64,000 bases of DNA from a virus: IMG/VR virus record IMGVR_UViG_3300030037_000006, positions 26,762 to 90,761 of that record, one strand, 5' to 3'. This document shows, one piece after another, positions 8,688 through 18,846 of this stretch. The position numbers and the translations under genes are program-made. Below the pieces are notes generated by a model, which saw nothing but the letters and a program-made list of their open reading frames with translations, did no database searches and was not told the origin of the DNA. Each line of letters opens with the position of its first letter. The first letter of the stretch is position 1.

Positions 8688-10478
8688 ATGCCAGTAAAAT
8701 CAACAGGTATAGTTAGAGCATCTGATAATATTGACTATTTCGAAGACACGAGCTATAATGGGAACGAAGATCACAAACGCGGAGTAGTAAAAGTTAATGT
8801 CAACGTTAACGATTTCACATACTTTGCTCAAGAGATTATGCGATGTAGAAATGACATTCAATATTTTGCTGATAACTATTTTACAATTTTGGATGGTACC
8901 ACTGGACACAAAGGTATCATTAATATGTACGACAAGCAGAAGGAAATGCTTGAATTAGTAGATACTCACGACAGAGTAATTTGCGCAGTAGGAAGACAGT
9001 CAGGTAAATCGACAGTATATACGATTGATATTGTACATAAGCTATGCTTCTTTGAAGATAAGATGCTTGGAATTATGGCGCAGAACGCAGCTGTAGCATG
9101 TGATATTTTAGATCGTGTTAAGATGGCTATTGCATATCTACCTAAATGGATGAAGCCTGGTATCAAAAAGATGTCAGGAAATAAACTCGTAGTTTCAACT
9201 GGCGGTGAATGTATCGCTCGCCCTGCTACTTTAGCTGGTGTTCGTGGATTAAGATGCCAATACTTATATGTGGATGAATTAGCGTTTATTGCAAGAAAAC
9301 ATGAGAATGAAATTTGGAAAACTGTTTATCCGGTTGTCACTTCATTTACTGAAAATAAAATCATAGGTGTAAGTACACCAAACGGAATTGGTAATCTTTT
9401 CCATAAGTTCTATTCAAGTGGAATGACAAATCAAGCAAGAGTCCCACATCGTTGGACTTCATATACTTATAACTGGACCGATGTACCAGGAAGAGATGAA
9501 GAATGGCGCCAAAATACTATTGCTACTATGTGTGAAGGCGATGAAGAAGCTTTCGAACAAGAATTTGAATGTTCATTCTTAGGTGGAGGAACATCTTTAC
9601 TAGGACTTAAGTTCATTGATAGAAAGATTGCTGAGCTTGATGCCCGTATAGCCAATGGCAAAATTGATTACGATAGATATATAGAAATTGCTGGAAATAG
9701 AATTCATCAATATTTCGATCCTCTACCTAATAGATGCTATGTTTTGTCATCAGATATAGGTGAAGGATCCGGTAATGACAGTACAGTAATTGACGTGATT
9801 GATATTACAAATCCAATGATGCCTATGCAAGTGGCTCATATAGCAGATCCAAACTTTCCATTACATACATTGGCATTTACTATTGTGAAGCTAGCAGTTC
9901 TATATAACTGTGCAGTAATAATGCCAGAGAATAATGGAGTAGGTAAAGGAGTTTGTAATGATATCAAACAGATTTATGAGTATCCTTATATTGCTAAGAT
10001 AGGATCTAAAATGCCGGGCATCTGTAGTTCTAATTCAATCAAGAATGAAGCATGCTCTTTCTTTAGAATGATAATGGAAACTATTAAGATAGAACTGATA
10101 TTGCACACCAAGACCTTCTATGATGAAATGTGTTCATTCCAGAGACAAGATTTAAACACAGGTCATACATACAAATGTACAGGATCTCATGATGATAATG
10201 TAATGTCAATTATATGGGCAATGTATATTCTGAAAGAATCAAACTTAAATAGATTCTTTGATTATTCTGCTAAGTTCGTAAGCCTAATTGAATTCCCTAC
10301 TCAATTAAAACAGTTTTATTCAGATGCTGAGATTAAACAAGAGCAAGATTACTATAACTCTATACTTGAACGGAACGCTACTTCTATTGGCTTTACTGCC
10401 ACAGATGAGATAAATACACTAAATAATAAAGAACATGATGACATTGACTATGTATTCGGATTTTTCAGCAGCAACTAG
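8688..10478 (+). CDS. gp17: Terminase large subunit
   Basis: Walker A GRQSGKST, Walker B LYVDELAF, STPNG, FEQEFECSF, nuclease SSDIGEG...HDDNVMS; likely start MPVKS at 8688. Confidence 0.95.
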   Translation: MPVKSTGIVRASDNIDYFEDTSYNGNEDHKRGVVKVNVNVNDFTYFAQEIMRCRNDIQYFADNYFTILDGTTGHKGIINMYDKQKEMLELVDTHDRVICAVGRQSGKSTVYTIDIVHKLCFFEDKMLGIMAQNAAVACDILDRVKMAIAYLPKWMKPGIKKMSGNKLVVSTGGECIARPATLAGVRGLRCQYLYVDELAFIARKHENEIWKTVYPVVTSFTENKIIGVSTPNGIGNLFHKFYSSGMTNQARVPHRWTSYTYNWTDVPGRDEEWRQNTIATMCEGDEEAFEQEFECSFLGGGTSLLGLKFIDRKIAELDARIANGKIDYDRYIEIAGNRIHQYFDPLPNRCYVLSSDIGEGSGNDSTVIDVIDITNPMMPMQVAHIADPNFPLHTLAFTIVKLAVLYNCAVIMPENNGVGKGVCNDIKQIYEYPYIAKIGSKMPGICSSNSIKNEACSFFRMIMETIKIELILHTKTFYDEMCSFQRQDLNTGHTYKCTGSHDDNVMSIIWAMYILKESNLNRFFDYSAKFVSLIEFPTQLKQFYSDAEIKQEQDYYNSILERNATSIGFTATDEINTLNNKEHDDIDYVFGFFSSN

Positions 10479-10484
10479 GAAAGT

Positions 10485-11021
10485 ATGAGTTTACCTTACA
10501 GTCCAGCCACATACAATCTAGCAAGTACTACCAAATGGATGCTCATAATGCCATGGCAGAAGATTGTACCTGACGCCTCAGATGAATATGTTTCACTAAA
10601 CTTAACTAATTTTGAGATGCCTCAGATTGGAACAGTAAGAGCCGACTTTAATGTACGCGGCACACCTATTCCAATTCAGTTAGATGTAAGTAATGATACA
10701 TCTAAACAGTTGACATTCAACTACTTGTTGAGTTCTGACTGGCACCAGTATCAGATTATCTATAAATGGTATCGTATGATTTCTCGTGAATGGGGTGGTG
10801 GTACTGATTATAATCAAGCTGAGCTATCTATGGATTTAAGTGTAGTGTTATTGAGCGAATATAAAAACACCATGTTTCAAATAGATTATAAAAATTGTAA
10901 ATTAGAAACTATTGCAGGTATTTCAATGAATCTACAGGATGATGAAAATGTTATCAATCATGCGTTTACAATTAATTATTCTCATTATGAAATTAAAGGT
11001 CTAGTAGAAGGTATATGTTAA
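10485..11021 (+). CDS. gp3: Tail completion/tube terminator (gp3-like, tube fold)
   Basis: NLASTTKW...NFEMPQI...LTFNYLLSSDWHQYQIIYKW...FTINYSHYEI. Confidence 0.65.
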   Translation: MSLPYSPATYNLASTTKWMLIMPWQKIVPDASDEYVSLNLTNFEMPQIGTVRADFNVRGTPIPIQLDVSNDTSKQLTFNYLLSSDWHQYQIIYKWYRMISREWGGGTDYNQAELSMDLSVVLLSEYKNTMFQIDYKNCKLETIAGISMNLQDDENVINHAFTINYSHYEIKGLVEGIC

Positions 11022-11030
11022 GGAACCCAT

Positions 11031-11237
11031 ATGAAAAACAATAAGTTAGAAATTCGCGAAGAATCTTGCGATAATATCATTAAAGCACTCGAGAATATCA
11101 GTAGCGAGAGTAGTAAGAGAAAACGTTCTACGTCTAGTAACAATATAGACAACTCAATCAAATCATTAAAATACATTTTCGAACTCTATAAAGAAGAGAA
11201 CTATGAAAACGAAAATGACAATAAGGAAAATAAATAA
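11031..11237 (+). CDS. Hypothetical protein
   Basis: 68 aa, RBS AAGGA. Confidence 0.55.
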   Translation: MKNNKLEIREESCDNIIKALENISSESSKRKRSTSSNNIDNSIKSLKYIFELYKEENYENENDNKENK

Positions 11238-11238
11238 T

Positions 11239-11796
11239 ATGTATGACACATTATATGGCGATGCTGAATCTATTGAGCTAGGTAAGATTGCAACGCAAGT
11301 TATGGAAGGCTCATCTGAAGAAGTTTCAGATGAAGAAGTAGAAAGAATATTTGGCCATGATAAGAATAGTAAATTCGTATCTGATATTGTAGCAGCTTAT
11401 TATTCAGATGAAGAATTAACTGAAGATACTCGTGAAGACATTATCAAGATGATTGGTTTTGATGACGAGTCTGAATTGGATTCTACTCAGTATGAAGATT
11501 TCCTTGAAGCGGTAAGAGAGTTCTATCTCGAGAATGCTATCAAAAAAGAAGACTTTGAAGATGACCAAGAATTTATGCATGCATTTATTCAAGAACAAAT
11601 GGCATTCAACTCAGTTATTGAATCTGTATTGGAACTTATCAATTCTATTGATCAAGGTAATGTAGAAGAAGTAATGGAAAGTGCTCAGAAAGTTCTTGCT
11701 GATTTATTCAAAGAAGCTGATATTAAAATTGATGCTGAATCAGTTAATACTATTGTAAGATTGTTTTATGATAAAGTATATGAAGAATTTGTGTAA
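11239..11796 (+). CDS. Acidic hypothetical protein
   Basis: Likely start MYDTLYG at 11239 after AAGGA. Confidence 0.65.
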   Translation: MYDTLYGDAESIELGKIATQVMEGSSEEVSDEEVERIFGHDKNSKFVSDIVAAYYSDEELTEDTREDIIKMIGFDDESELDSTQYEDFLEAVREFYLENAIKKEDFEDDQEFMHAFIQEQMAFNSVIESVLELINSIDQGNVEEVMESAQKVLADLFKEADIKIDAESVNTIVRLFYDKVYEEFV

Positions 11797-11990
11797 TGAG
11801 TGGTAATTGGGGAAAATGTGAAACATGCTCTTACTATGAGAAGAGTACTAAGTTCTGCAGGTATAATCCTCCGGTGCCAGTAGTTAAGCAGTCAATACAA
11901 AACGATTCAGGTAAGTTGATTTCAGTTGTAAAGTCTGCATATCCTATGATTGAAATGCCAAGTAAAGATTGGTGTTCCAAATACGAATAA
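11796..11990 (+). CDS. Small Cys-rich (metal-binding) phage protein
   Basis: CxxC...CRYNPP...YP...DWCSKY pattern. Confidence 0.65.
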   Translation: MSGNWGKCETCSYYEKSTKFCRYNPPVPVVKQSIQNDSGKLISVVKSAYPMIEMPSKDWCSKYE

Positions 11991-12011
11991 ATTTTATTCT
12001 ATACAATTTTA

Positions 12012-12041
12012 AAAGAGCTCTGTTAATTCAGAGCTTTTTTT
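12012..12041 (+). terminator. Intrinsic terminator
   Basis: gagctctg-ttaatt-cagagctt + T run. Confidence 0.75.
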
Positions 12042-12081
12042 GTTTTATAGACTTTAATACGACACATAAAAGGATAAATTA

Positions 12082-13029
12082 ATGGCATTACTTAATATAC
12101 AAAAAATGAAAAATGAGAGGGTACGACTTGTAGTTGATACTTCTTATCTTATGCATTATAAAATATCATCGTCAATGACCAAATATGGATATGATTTTAG
12201 TGTTTCTCCTTGTGAGAAAAGTGAAATTGGAACTTACGACTGGACTACTAATGAAGAGTACATAGAAATTCTAAGAGTTACTACTATTAATCATATCAAA
12301 CGATACTGTAAAAATGTTGGAGTACTTCCTAAAGACATTATATTTGCAATCGATTGTAACAAGAAAAATATTTGGCGTAGAGATATATTCCCTGATTATA
12401 AACAAAGTCGAATCGACGGTCAGAAGAAAAAGGAAGATGACAAAGAATCATATAATATGGGTCCAGTTTTTGGATACTTCAAGCGTTTTATTCTGCCAGA
12501 GTTAGTTGAAACATTTAAAGGCAGTGCTATAATAGATCATCCTGTATGTGAAGGTGATGATATTATTTCTGTTAGTGTTGCAACTCTTAAAGAAGAATAC
12601 CCAGAAAACCCAATTGTAATATGTGCAAATGATTCAGACTTAGTACAGTTATGCACAGGAAAGGTTTCTATACATGATCTTAAATTCAACTGTGTCGATG
12701 AAAAAGTTCTGAAGAAATTTCTTTTACCTGAAAATATCGTTAGATGTAAATCAATTATGGGCGACGGTAAGGATAATGTTGATCAACCTATTCCACGTTG
12801 CGGATTAGCTACAGCATTTAAACTTCTTGGAGATAAACAATTACTCAAAGAAAAGATTCAATCTATTCCTAATCAAACTGTTGCTGGTACAATCAAACAT
12901 ATTCAATTGAATAAAGCTCTATTGGATTTATTTCGAATACCTCTTAACATTCAAGATGAAGTGAAAGATCTTCTGTACGCTAGATACTTTAAACGTGAAA
13001 GAGTTAAGTCGGACTTAGACGGTCTATGA
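12082..13029 (+). CDS. rnh: RNase H / 5'-3' exonuclease (T4 rnh, FEN-like)
   Basis: VVDTSY, FAIDC, WRRDIFPDYKQSR, EGDDII, NDSDLVQL, GDGKDNV. Confidence 0.92.
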   Translation: MALLNIQKMKNERVRLVVDTSYLMHYKISSSMTKYGYDFSVSPCEKSEIGTYDWTTNEEYIEILRVTTINHIKRYCKNVGVLPKDIIFAIDCNKKNIWRRDIFPDYKQSRIDGQKKKEDDKESYNMGPVFGYFKRFILPELVETFKGSAIIDHPVCEGDDIISVSVATLKEEYPENPIVICANDSDLVQLCTGKVSIHDLKFNCVDEKVLKKFLLPENIVRCKSIMGDGKDNVDQPIPRCGLATAFKLLGDKQLLKEKIQSIPNQTVAGTIKHIQLNKALLDLFRIPLNIQDEVKDLLYARYFKRERVKSDLDGL

Positions 13030-13538
13030 TTGTTTATGACGTCAATGATATTATTAATGTAGAAGTTAATAAGTCATTGGTGTTATTCAATACAAATTCT
13101 TTATCGAATGATTTGATAAAACATGCATGTTTCAACATTATAAAGCATCTTAATAATCTTCCTAAGTCGGATGATAAGATCTTTATATTGTCGTGCATTC
13201 CTAGCCTCTCATGGAAGACGAAGTATCTTAAAGAATTTGAAACAATGCATTACACATATAGCTCATCCTTGAGCATATCAGACATTGCACTGAATCGCAT
13301 CATTGACTCTATCTGTAAATACATTCATAAGAATAAGTTTAATGTCCTGAGTCACTCTAATGTATCGTCGGAAGAGTTAAAGTTTGTACTGAAAGACTAT
13401 GACTATTTTATTGATTTTGTAAAGTATGATATTCCAAGAAGAATTATTACTGACAATAATGACAACATCCATTACGTACAGAAGATGCCATTGTATCTTA
13501 TACAAGAAATAATAAAGGACTATACACAATATGAATAA
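13026..13538 (+). CDS. Degenerate RNase H-like paralog (catalytic acids lost)
   Basis: Colinear similarity by eye to the upstream rnh; see findings. Confidence 0.5.
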   Translation: MIVYDVNDIINVEVNKSLVLFNTNSLSNDLIKHACFNIIKHLNNLPKSDDKIFILSCIPSLSWKTKYLKEFETMHYTYSSSLSISDIALNRIIDSICKYIHKNKFNVLSHSNVSSEELKFVLKDYDYFIDFVKYDIPRRIITDNNDNIHYVQKMPLYLIQEIIKDYTQYE

Positions 13539-13839
13539 GAAAAAGAATCCTAAGTTAGAAGAAACTAACTTGACAATGTATGATATTCTCGGTGATATCA
13601 TTAAGTTCAAACGTGGCGACTTAGATCAACACCCTGAATTTGAAAAGTCTTATTCAAAGTTTATGATATCACGATACTTAAGTATGGATGAGAACTCAGC
13701 TGAGATTAATGCTATGACACTACAAGCGTGTAGCTCTTTACCTGATGCATTACATTATAAGACTTTGGTAAAAATGATACCTCATTCAAATAATGCTTAC
13801 ATCAAGTATATTAAAAGTAAGAAAAAGAAAAAATCTTAA
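13531..13839 (+). CDS. gp62: Clamp loader small subunit
   Basis: YSKFMISRYLSMD...HYKTLVKMIP...YIKYIK pattern. Confidence 0.75.
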   Translation: MNKKKNPKLEETNLTMYDILGDIIKFKRGDLDQHPEFEKSYSKFMISRYLSMDENSAEINAMTLQACSSLPDALHYKTLVKMIPHSNNAYIKYIKSKKKKKS

Positions 13840-14891
13840 TCGTATTCCACTACATCAGCATTACTGAGTAAGTTATCTTCCCAATATGCTTTTATTATTG
13901 CTACACTTTCATAACTTCTGAGGGTGATAGCATTTCCTTCTGGATCAGTTAAGAATGCTCCTGCATCTTCGATGTGGTCTACCATATATTGAAGATCTAT
14001 TTTATCATCTGGATTATATTGATCTCCTCCTATATTAGCATGGAATTTATCAAAGTATCCTTGAAATTCATTGGCAGTAGATAACTTAAATGAATCATGG
14101 TATTTAGGATCTACTAATCCTTCAGCTACATTTTCTACGAACTCGTCACATTCAACTTCTGAAGGTACAGCATAAAATCCAGCAGATGGGGTATACTTAC
14201 CTTCGATAACAGAATTATTTTGATCATCTGCATTGACGAACATATTGATATGATAAATTGATGGTTGATCAAATGGATCTAATTCATCCTCTTCAGTATC
14301 ACAATTATATTTAGACCACATACCAGGAAACATCCAAGTTCTTAGAGTGAATGAAAGAGATGTTACAATTCTTGGAGTTTTAGTTTCATCATCTTTAAGA
14401 TAAGTTGTATCTGCATTACCATCCCATATTAAAGCACATTTTACTTTGCCATTTCCTGATGGTAGTTTCCATGATATGTAAATAGCAGGGTTGAAGAATG
14501 GCATGAAGTTTGAGAGTATTTGATCCATGTCTTCTTGATATTTAGTAACGATCTGCATATTGTAGCCAATATTTAATGGCATACCTACAATCGATTTAAT
14601 ATTGAACAAACCCTCAGCATTCTTTGATATTGATTCGTTAATAGAATGTACTCGAGAACTATCCTTAGATATTCCACCACGTACAATAGAAATAAGCGGA
14701 AGCTTGATTACACCTTGACGAGATTCCAGTTGTTTAAGTGTATTGCTTCTGTCACCGAAAACACAAGCAACTAGAAATTCCTTTTCAACACAACCATTAC
14801 CATCTCGTCGATCGATAACAATATTATTGAAGACATCACTAACCATCGCCTGCGAGATTTGTAATTCGCGATTATAGCTTCTTGATTTCAT
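13836..14891 (-). CDS. gp15: Tail sheath stabiliser/terminator
   Basis: VFNNIVIDR, KLPLISI, PLNIGYNMQIVTKYQEDMDQILSNFMPFFNP, LSFTLRTWMF. Confidence 0.85.
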   Translation of the reverse strand: MKSRSYNRELQISQAMVSDVFNNIVIDRRDGNGCVEKEFLVACVFGDRSNTLKQLESRQGVIKLPLISIVRGGISKDSSRVHSINESISKNAEGLFNIKSIVGMPLNIGYNMQIVTKYQEDMDQILSNFMPFFNPAIYISWKLPSGNGKVKCALIWDGNADTTYLKDDETKTPRIVTSLSFTLRTWMFPGMWSKYNCDTEEDELDPFDQPSIYHINMFVNADDQNNSVIEGKYTPSAGFYAVPSEVECDEFVENVAEGLVDPKYHDSFKLSTANEFQGYFDKFHANIGGDQYNPDDKIDLQYMVDHIEDAGAFLTDPEGNAITLRSYESVAIIKAYWEDNLLSNADVVEYD

Positions 14892-15817
14892 TATTTAATT
14901 TCCTCTTTGAATAGCTGCCATCCTAATGATTCGCCATAATGGCACGGCTTATTTAATTTTATTGATTTTTTCATCCAAGCAACCTTATCGGAAATTCCTA
15001 GATCTAAACATTTATTTTGTACATGTTGAAACGTTCCTATAATCTCGAATAATATTCCTTCTGGACTTTCAAGTAAGAAAAGCTTAGTGAATCTCTTTGT
15101 ATTAGCATTTGATATATTTTCAAGTCTAACCTTCTTCTTTTCGGGATCAGACCATGCATTATTAGAAACCTTTCTGAGTTTATCTCGAGTTTCTTCTGAA
15201 ACAGGATTCTCTCTATTTAATGCAGATTCAGATTGTTTAGCTCGAGTTTCTTCGGATACAGGTCCACGTGTGTCATTGTAATGTGCTAATGCTTTCAAAG
15301 TATTTTCATGCATTGGGTGACCCATTAAAGCTTTGCTGATATTTTGTTTAGCTTCGTCTGTAGCAACTCTACCAACATTATAAGTATTACCTAAAGCTCC
15401 TTCACTAATTCTTCTCTTTGCATCATCCGTATGACGGTAACCACTGCTACCATCACCACCATCAGTTTTATTAGTAAGTGTCCCTAGTTTCGTGTCTTGT
15501 CTTCCAATCTCTGATATGAATCCTATCTCGTATATAAAGCATTCATCTTCATCTAAAGTTTTCATTACAATTAAAGTATGTTCTTTCATTGTATTTTTAT
15601 CATAGCCTTCAGATATAATCTTATTGATCTTGTTATTTTTGAATGACATCTTATTTAAAGAGCAATCAGAAAAGTGTGAAGTAACTCTGTCTCCATTTCC
15701 CTTTCCTATGTAGTATGGCTCGTGGTCAAACTCTACATCTACACCGCCAAATGAATAAGTATAGTTACCTGGCTTTCTAGGATCTAGCAAAGCATATACG
15801 AAGAATTCTTTAATCAT
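14891..15817 (-). mobile_element. Free-standing GIY-YIG homing endonuclease with NUMOD3 repeats
   Basis: VYALLDPR...YYIGKG...LTNKTDGGDG, then HTDDAKRRIS / VSEETRAKQS / VSEETRDKL repeats. Confidence 0.85.
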
Positions 15818-15848
15818 TATTAGTAAATTGTTTTAGATTTATTAGATC

Positions 15849-15891
15849 TATTTATCCATTATTTGGTTACTACTTCAGAAAGAGATAAATA
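15849..15891. promoter_or_regulatory. Divergent late promoters (15849-15856 minus, 15884-15891 plus)
   Basis: GATAAATA on both strands. Confidence 0.7.
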
Positions 15892-15937
15892 AAACAAATA
15901 TATAACTTAATAAGAGAACAAAGGTAGATAACATCTT

Positions 15938-17941
15938 ATGGCAACTACATCAGATAAAAGGATTATCAACTCTCGCATTATTGTAGACAATTCAACTAAT
16001 AACGAGTTAGAGTCTTCGTCCGACATATCAAGTGCAAACAAAAACATTACAGTTTTTGATGACGTTAATAAATTTGTAGCCCATAACATTACGGCTTCAA
16101 CAAACGAACATAGTGTAATTTTCTCATCTAACGATACTAAAAACGAAAGATGGAATGGACAAGGTGGAAATAGTGGAATGCACGGAGCTATTGAAAGTTC
16201 TTATTTCCATGATGTTTATAGTTCAGTATCAAATAATAAACTTCAAAAGCTTTCATATTATAGACAGATGGTTTCACAGGCGGAATTGGCTGATGCTGTT
16301 GATGAGATTGCTGAGTCATGTATCAATGAAAATGATAAAGGACAAGTAGTAGAAATTGAATTCAATCGTGATAGTTTCACTAATCTTTCTCCTAATGCCG
16401 AAACTGAAATAAACAAACATTTTAATTCGTTCATAAACCTTTATAACTTTAAACAGAATGGATTCTATACTTTCAGAGAATTTATTACTGATGGTGAAGC
16501 TACATGGGAAAACATTGTTGATAAAGACAAACTACATCTTGGTATTATTGATATTAAGAAAATTAAACCAGAAAGTTATGAATATCTTATTGATAATTAT
16601 TTCAATCACTTAGGTATATTAATTAATGCTCAGCTTACTAAATTCCAAAAGCCAGAAGACATGGATAAAAGCGGTACTAAGTATGCAGCTATAGACGGTA
16701 ACAATACATTTGGTATCCAGAAAGGACAAGTAAATGCTATCACTACAGCAATGAAAACGTCTGGTAGCATGTACAAAGCAACTAACGATGAAGCATCGAT
16801 TATACCAATGCCTATGGAACAAGTTACCCATGCTGTATCAGGAACGTACTCAGATGATCGCTTGACAATCATTCCTATTCTTGATAGAGCAAGACGAGCT
16901 TATAATCAACTTGTAATTCTAGAAGATGCTTCTATTATATATCGTTTAGTACGTGCTCCTGAGAGATTAGTATTTAATATCGATGTTGGTGATGCAGCTC
17001 CTGCTCGTGCCAATCAACAAGTTAAACAGTTAGCTCAACAATATCAAAGCAAGAAAGTATATGATACTTCAACAGGTGGAATAGCTAATCAATATGATGC
17101 TCACCAAATGCTCGAATCTATGTTCTTTCCTAAAACATCTAATGGTACCGGTGGTACTACTGTTGATTCAATTGGTGGATCTTCTACTAACTTTGGTTCA
17201 ATGGATGATATTAAATACTTCCAACAGAAGTTATTTGCATCTTTGAAAATTCCTTACAATAGATTCTCAGCAGAGAATGATTCTGAAGCTCGTACAAATG
17301 TAGATTCAATTACTTATGCAGAATATCGTTTTGCTAAATCTGTAATAAGACTTCAGCAATCAATGGCATCTGCTATTAAGAAAACTTTTGTAACTCATCT
17401 TAAATTCGTAGGTCTTTGGGATAGTGCATTACTTAGAGAAGATGCATTTGATATATCATTTGTAGTTCCATCTATGTATGAATACTATACAACACAGAAG
17501 ATGTTAACTGAGAAGTTTAAGATTTACAATGATCTTTCTTCCAATGCTGATATTTCTAAAAGCTATATTATGAAGAACGTTCTTAAATGGAGTGAAGCTG
17601 ATATCGATCAGAATTATGCTGACCTCGAGAAAGAAAAGATTCGTGAGAAAACAATGGAACTGAAAATAAATTCTATCAGTAAAGTAGTTAAAGAGTATGA
17701 TAAAGCTAGATCACCTTCTGATGAAGAATCTGATGAAGAAGGATCAGAGAATACTAACTCAGATAACTTTGAATTTGATGATTCGTTTGATGATGATCCT
17801 AGTGAGTTCGATGATAATGATTTCGATGATCTTGATGATAACTCTGGCGCTGATACTGCAGATACAGGTGATCTTGATACTGCAGGTGACATAGATGATA
17901 TAGAATTTGACATACCTGATAGTACACCAGACGAATTATGA
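15938..17941 (+). CDS. gp20: Portal protein with long acidic C-terminal tail
   Basis: YRQM...AVDEI, NQLVILEDASIIYRLVRAPERLVFNIDVG, DDIKYFQQKLFASLKIP. Confidence 0.95.
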   Translation: MATTSDKRIINSRIIVDNSTNNELESSSDISSANKNITVFDDVNKFVAHNITASTNEHSVIFSSNDTKNERWNGQGGNSGMHGAIESSYFHDVYSSVSNNKLQKLSYYRQMVSQAELADAVDEIAESCINENDKGQVVEIEFNRDSFTNLSPNAETEINKHFNSFINLYNFKQNGFYTFREFITDGEATWENIVDKDKLHLGIIDIKKIKPESYEYLIDNYFNHLGILINAQLTKFQKPEDMDKSGTKYAAIDGNNTFGIQKGQVNAITTAMKTSGSMYKATNDEASIIPMPMEQVTHAVSGTYSDDRLTIIPILDRARRAYNQLVILEDASIIYRLVRAPERLVFNIDVGDAAPARANQQVKQLAQQYQSKKVYDTSTGGIANQYDAHQMLESMFFPKTSNGTGGTTVDSIGGSSTNFGSMDDIKYFQQKLFASLKIPYNRFSAENDSEARTNVDSITYAEYRFAKSVIRLQQSMASAIKKTFVTHLKFVGLWDSALLREDAFDISFVVPSMYEYYTTQKMLTEKFKIYNDLSSNADISKSYIMKNVLKWSEADIDQNYADLEKEKIREKTMELKINSISKVVKEYDKARSPSDEESDEEGSENTNSDNFEFDDSFDDDPSEFDDNDFDDLDDNSGADTADTGDLDTAGDIDDIEFDIPDSTPDEL

Positions 17942-17982
17942 TAAATATAAATATAATCAAACAAACCAGGAATTAAATTTCT

Positions 17983-18648
17983 ATGAAATTAATTTGTGAA
18001 TACAAAGTTAATTCAGATGATATTACAGTCATAGAAGAGCAACAGAATGCCTCTTCTGAAAAGGTCCTCAAAATAAGAGGACCCTACGTAGTAACTGAAG
18101 AAGAGAACGAGAATGGCAGAGTATATGACAGACAAGATATGGTCTCTGCTATCAACGAATATACTGAACAATTTATCAATACATCCAGATCAGTTGGAGA
18201 ACTTGAACACCCTGACAGTATTGAAATTTCTTATGACCGTGCATGTCACCTGATTACTAGCCTTAAGCAAGAAGATAACATTTGGATTGGCGAAAGTAAA
18301 GTATTAGTTGGAACACCATGTGGAGACATTCTTAAAGGTCTCTTGATGAACGGTGTTAATGTTGGTATCTCTACACGTGGAGTAGGTGATTTGGATAATG
18401 CTGGTAACGTAACAAACTTCAAGTTTATTACTGCTGACATTGTTTCTAATCCTTCTGCAGGTAATCATGGTGCTTGGTGCCAAGGAATATTTGAATCAAA
18501 GAACTTTATGTTAGACTCTCATGGATCTATTATCGAATCTGTTTATAACAAATTGGAATCAGATTTAGCTACATTGCCTAAAAATAGTGCTGCTAAGAAC
18601 GCTCATATAGCAGATTCATTGGCAACATTCATTCGAAGCCTAAAGTAA
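17983..18648 (+). CDS. gp21: Prohead protease
   Basis: NENGRVY, GELEHP, GISTRGVG, TADIVSNPSA. Confidence 0.95.
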   Translation: MKLICEYKVNSDDITVIEEQQNASSEKVLKIRGPYVVTEEENENGRVYDRQDMVSAINEYTEQFINTSRSVGELEHPDSIEISYDRACHLITSLKQEDNIWIGESKVLVGTPCGDILKGLLMNGVNVGISTRGVGDLDNAGNVTNFKFITADIVSNPSAGNHGAWCQGIFESKNFMLDSHGSIIESVYNKLESDLATLPKNSAAKNAHIADSLATFIRSLK

Positions 18649-18687
18649 GATAAATAAATAAAATAAATATTAAAAGGTACTAACTAA

Positions 18688-18846
18688 ATGACGCCAGAGC
18701 ATAAATCTAATATTCAAATGTTCATTAAAGAATGTGCGAATAAGAACACACCTCGTGCTAAAGAGCTTTTAGATGTTATACTCGAGTCTAAGGTTAAAGA
18801 CCGAGTAGATAAAACTATCAAATTGAATCCTTCGGAGAAACATTAA
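18688..18846 (+). CDS. Small prohead core protein (gp67-like)
   Basis: 52 aa ORF below track cutoff (MTPEHKSNIQMFIKECANKNTPRAKELLDVILESKVKDRV...), late promoter 18649-18656, lies between gp21 and gp22. Confidence 0.6.
   Translation: MTPEHKSNIQMFIKECANKNTPRAKELLDVILESKVKDRVDKTIKLNPSEKH

Noticed and set aside
8688-10478. Inteins in terminase, helicase or primase
   Set aside because: Motif spacing and lengths are normal, with no intein blocks.
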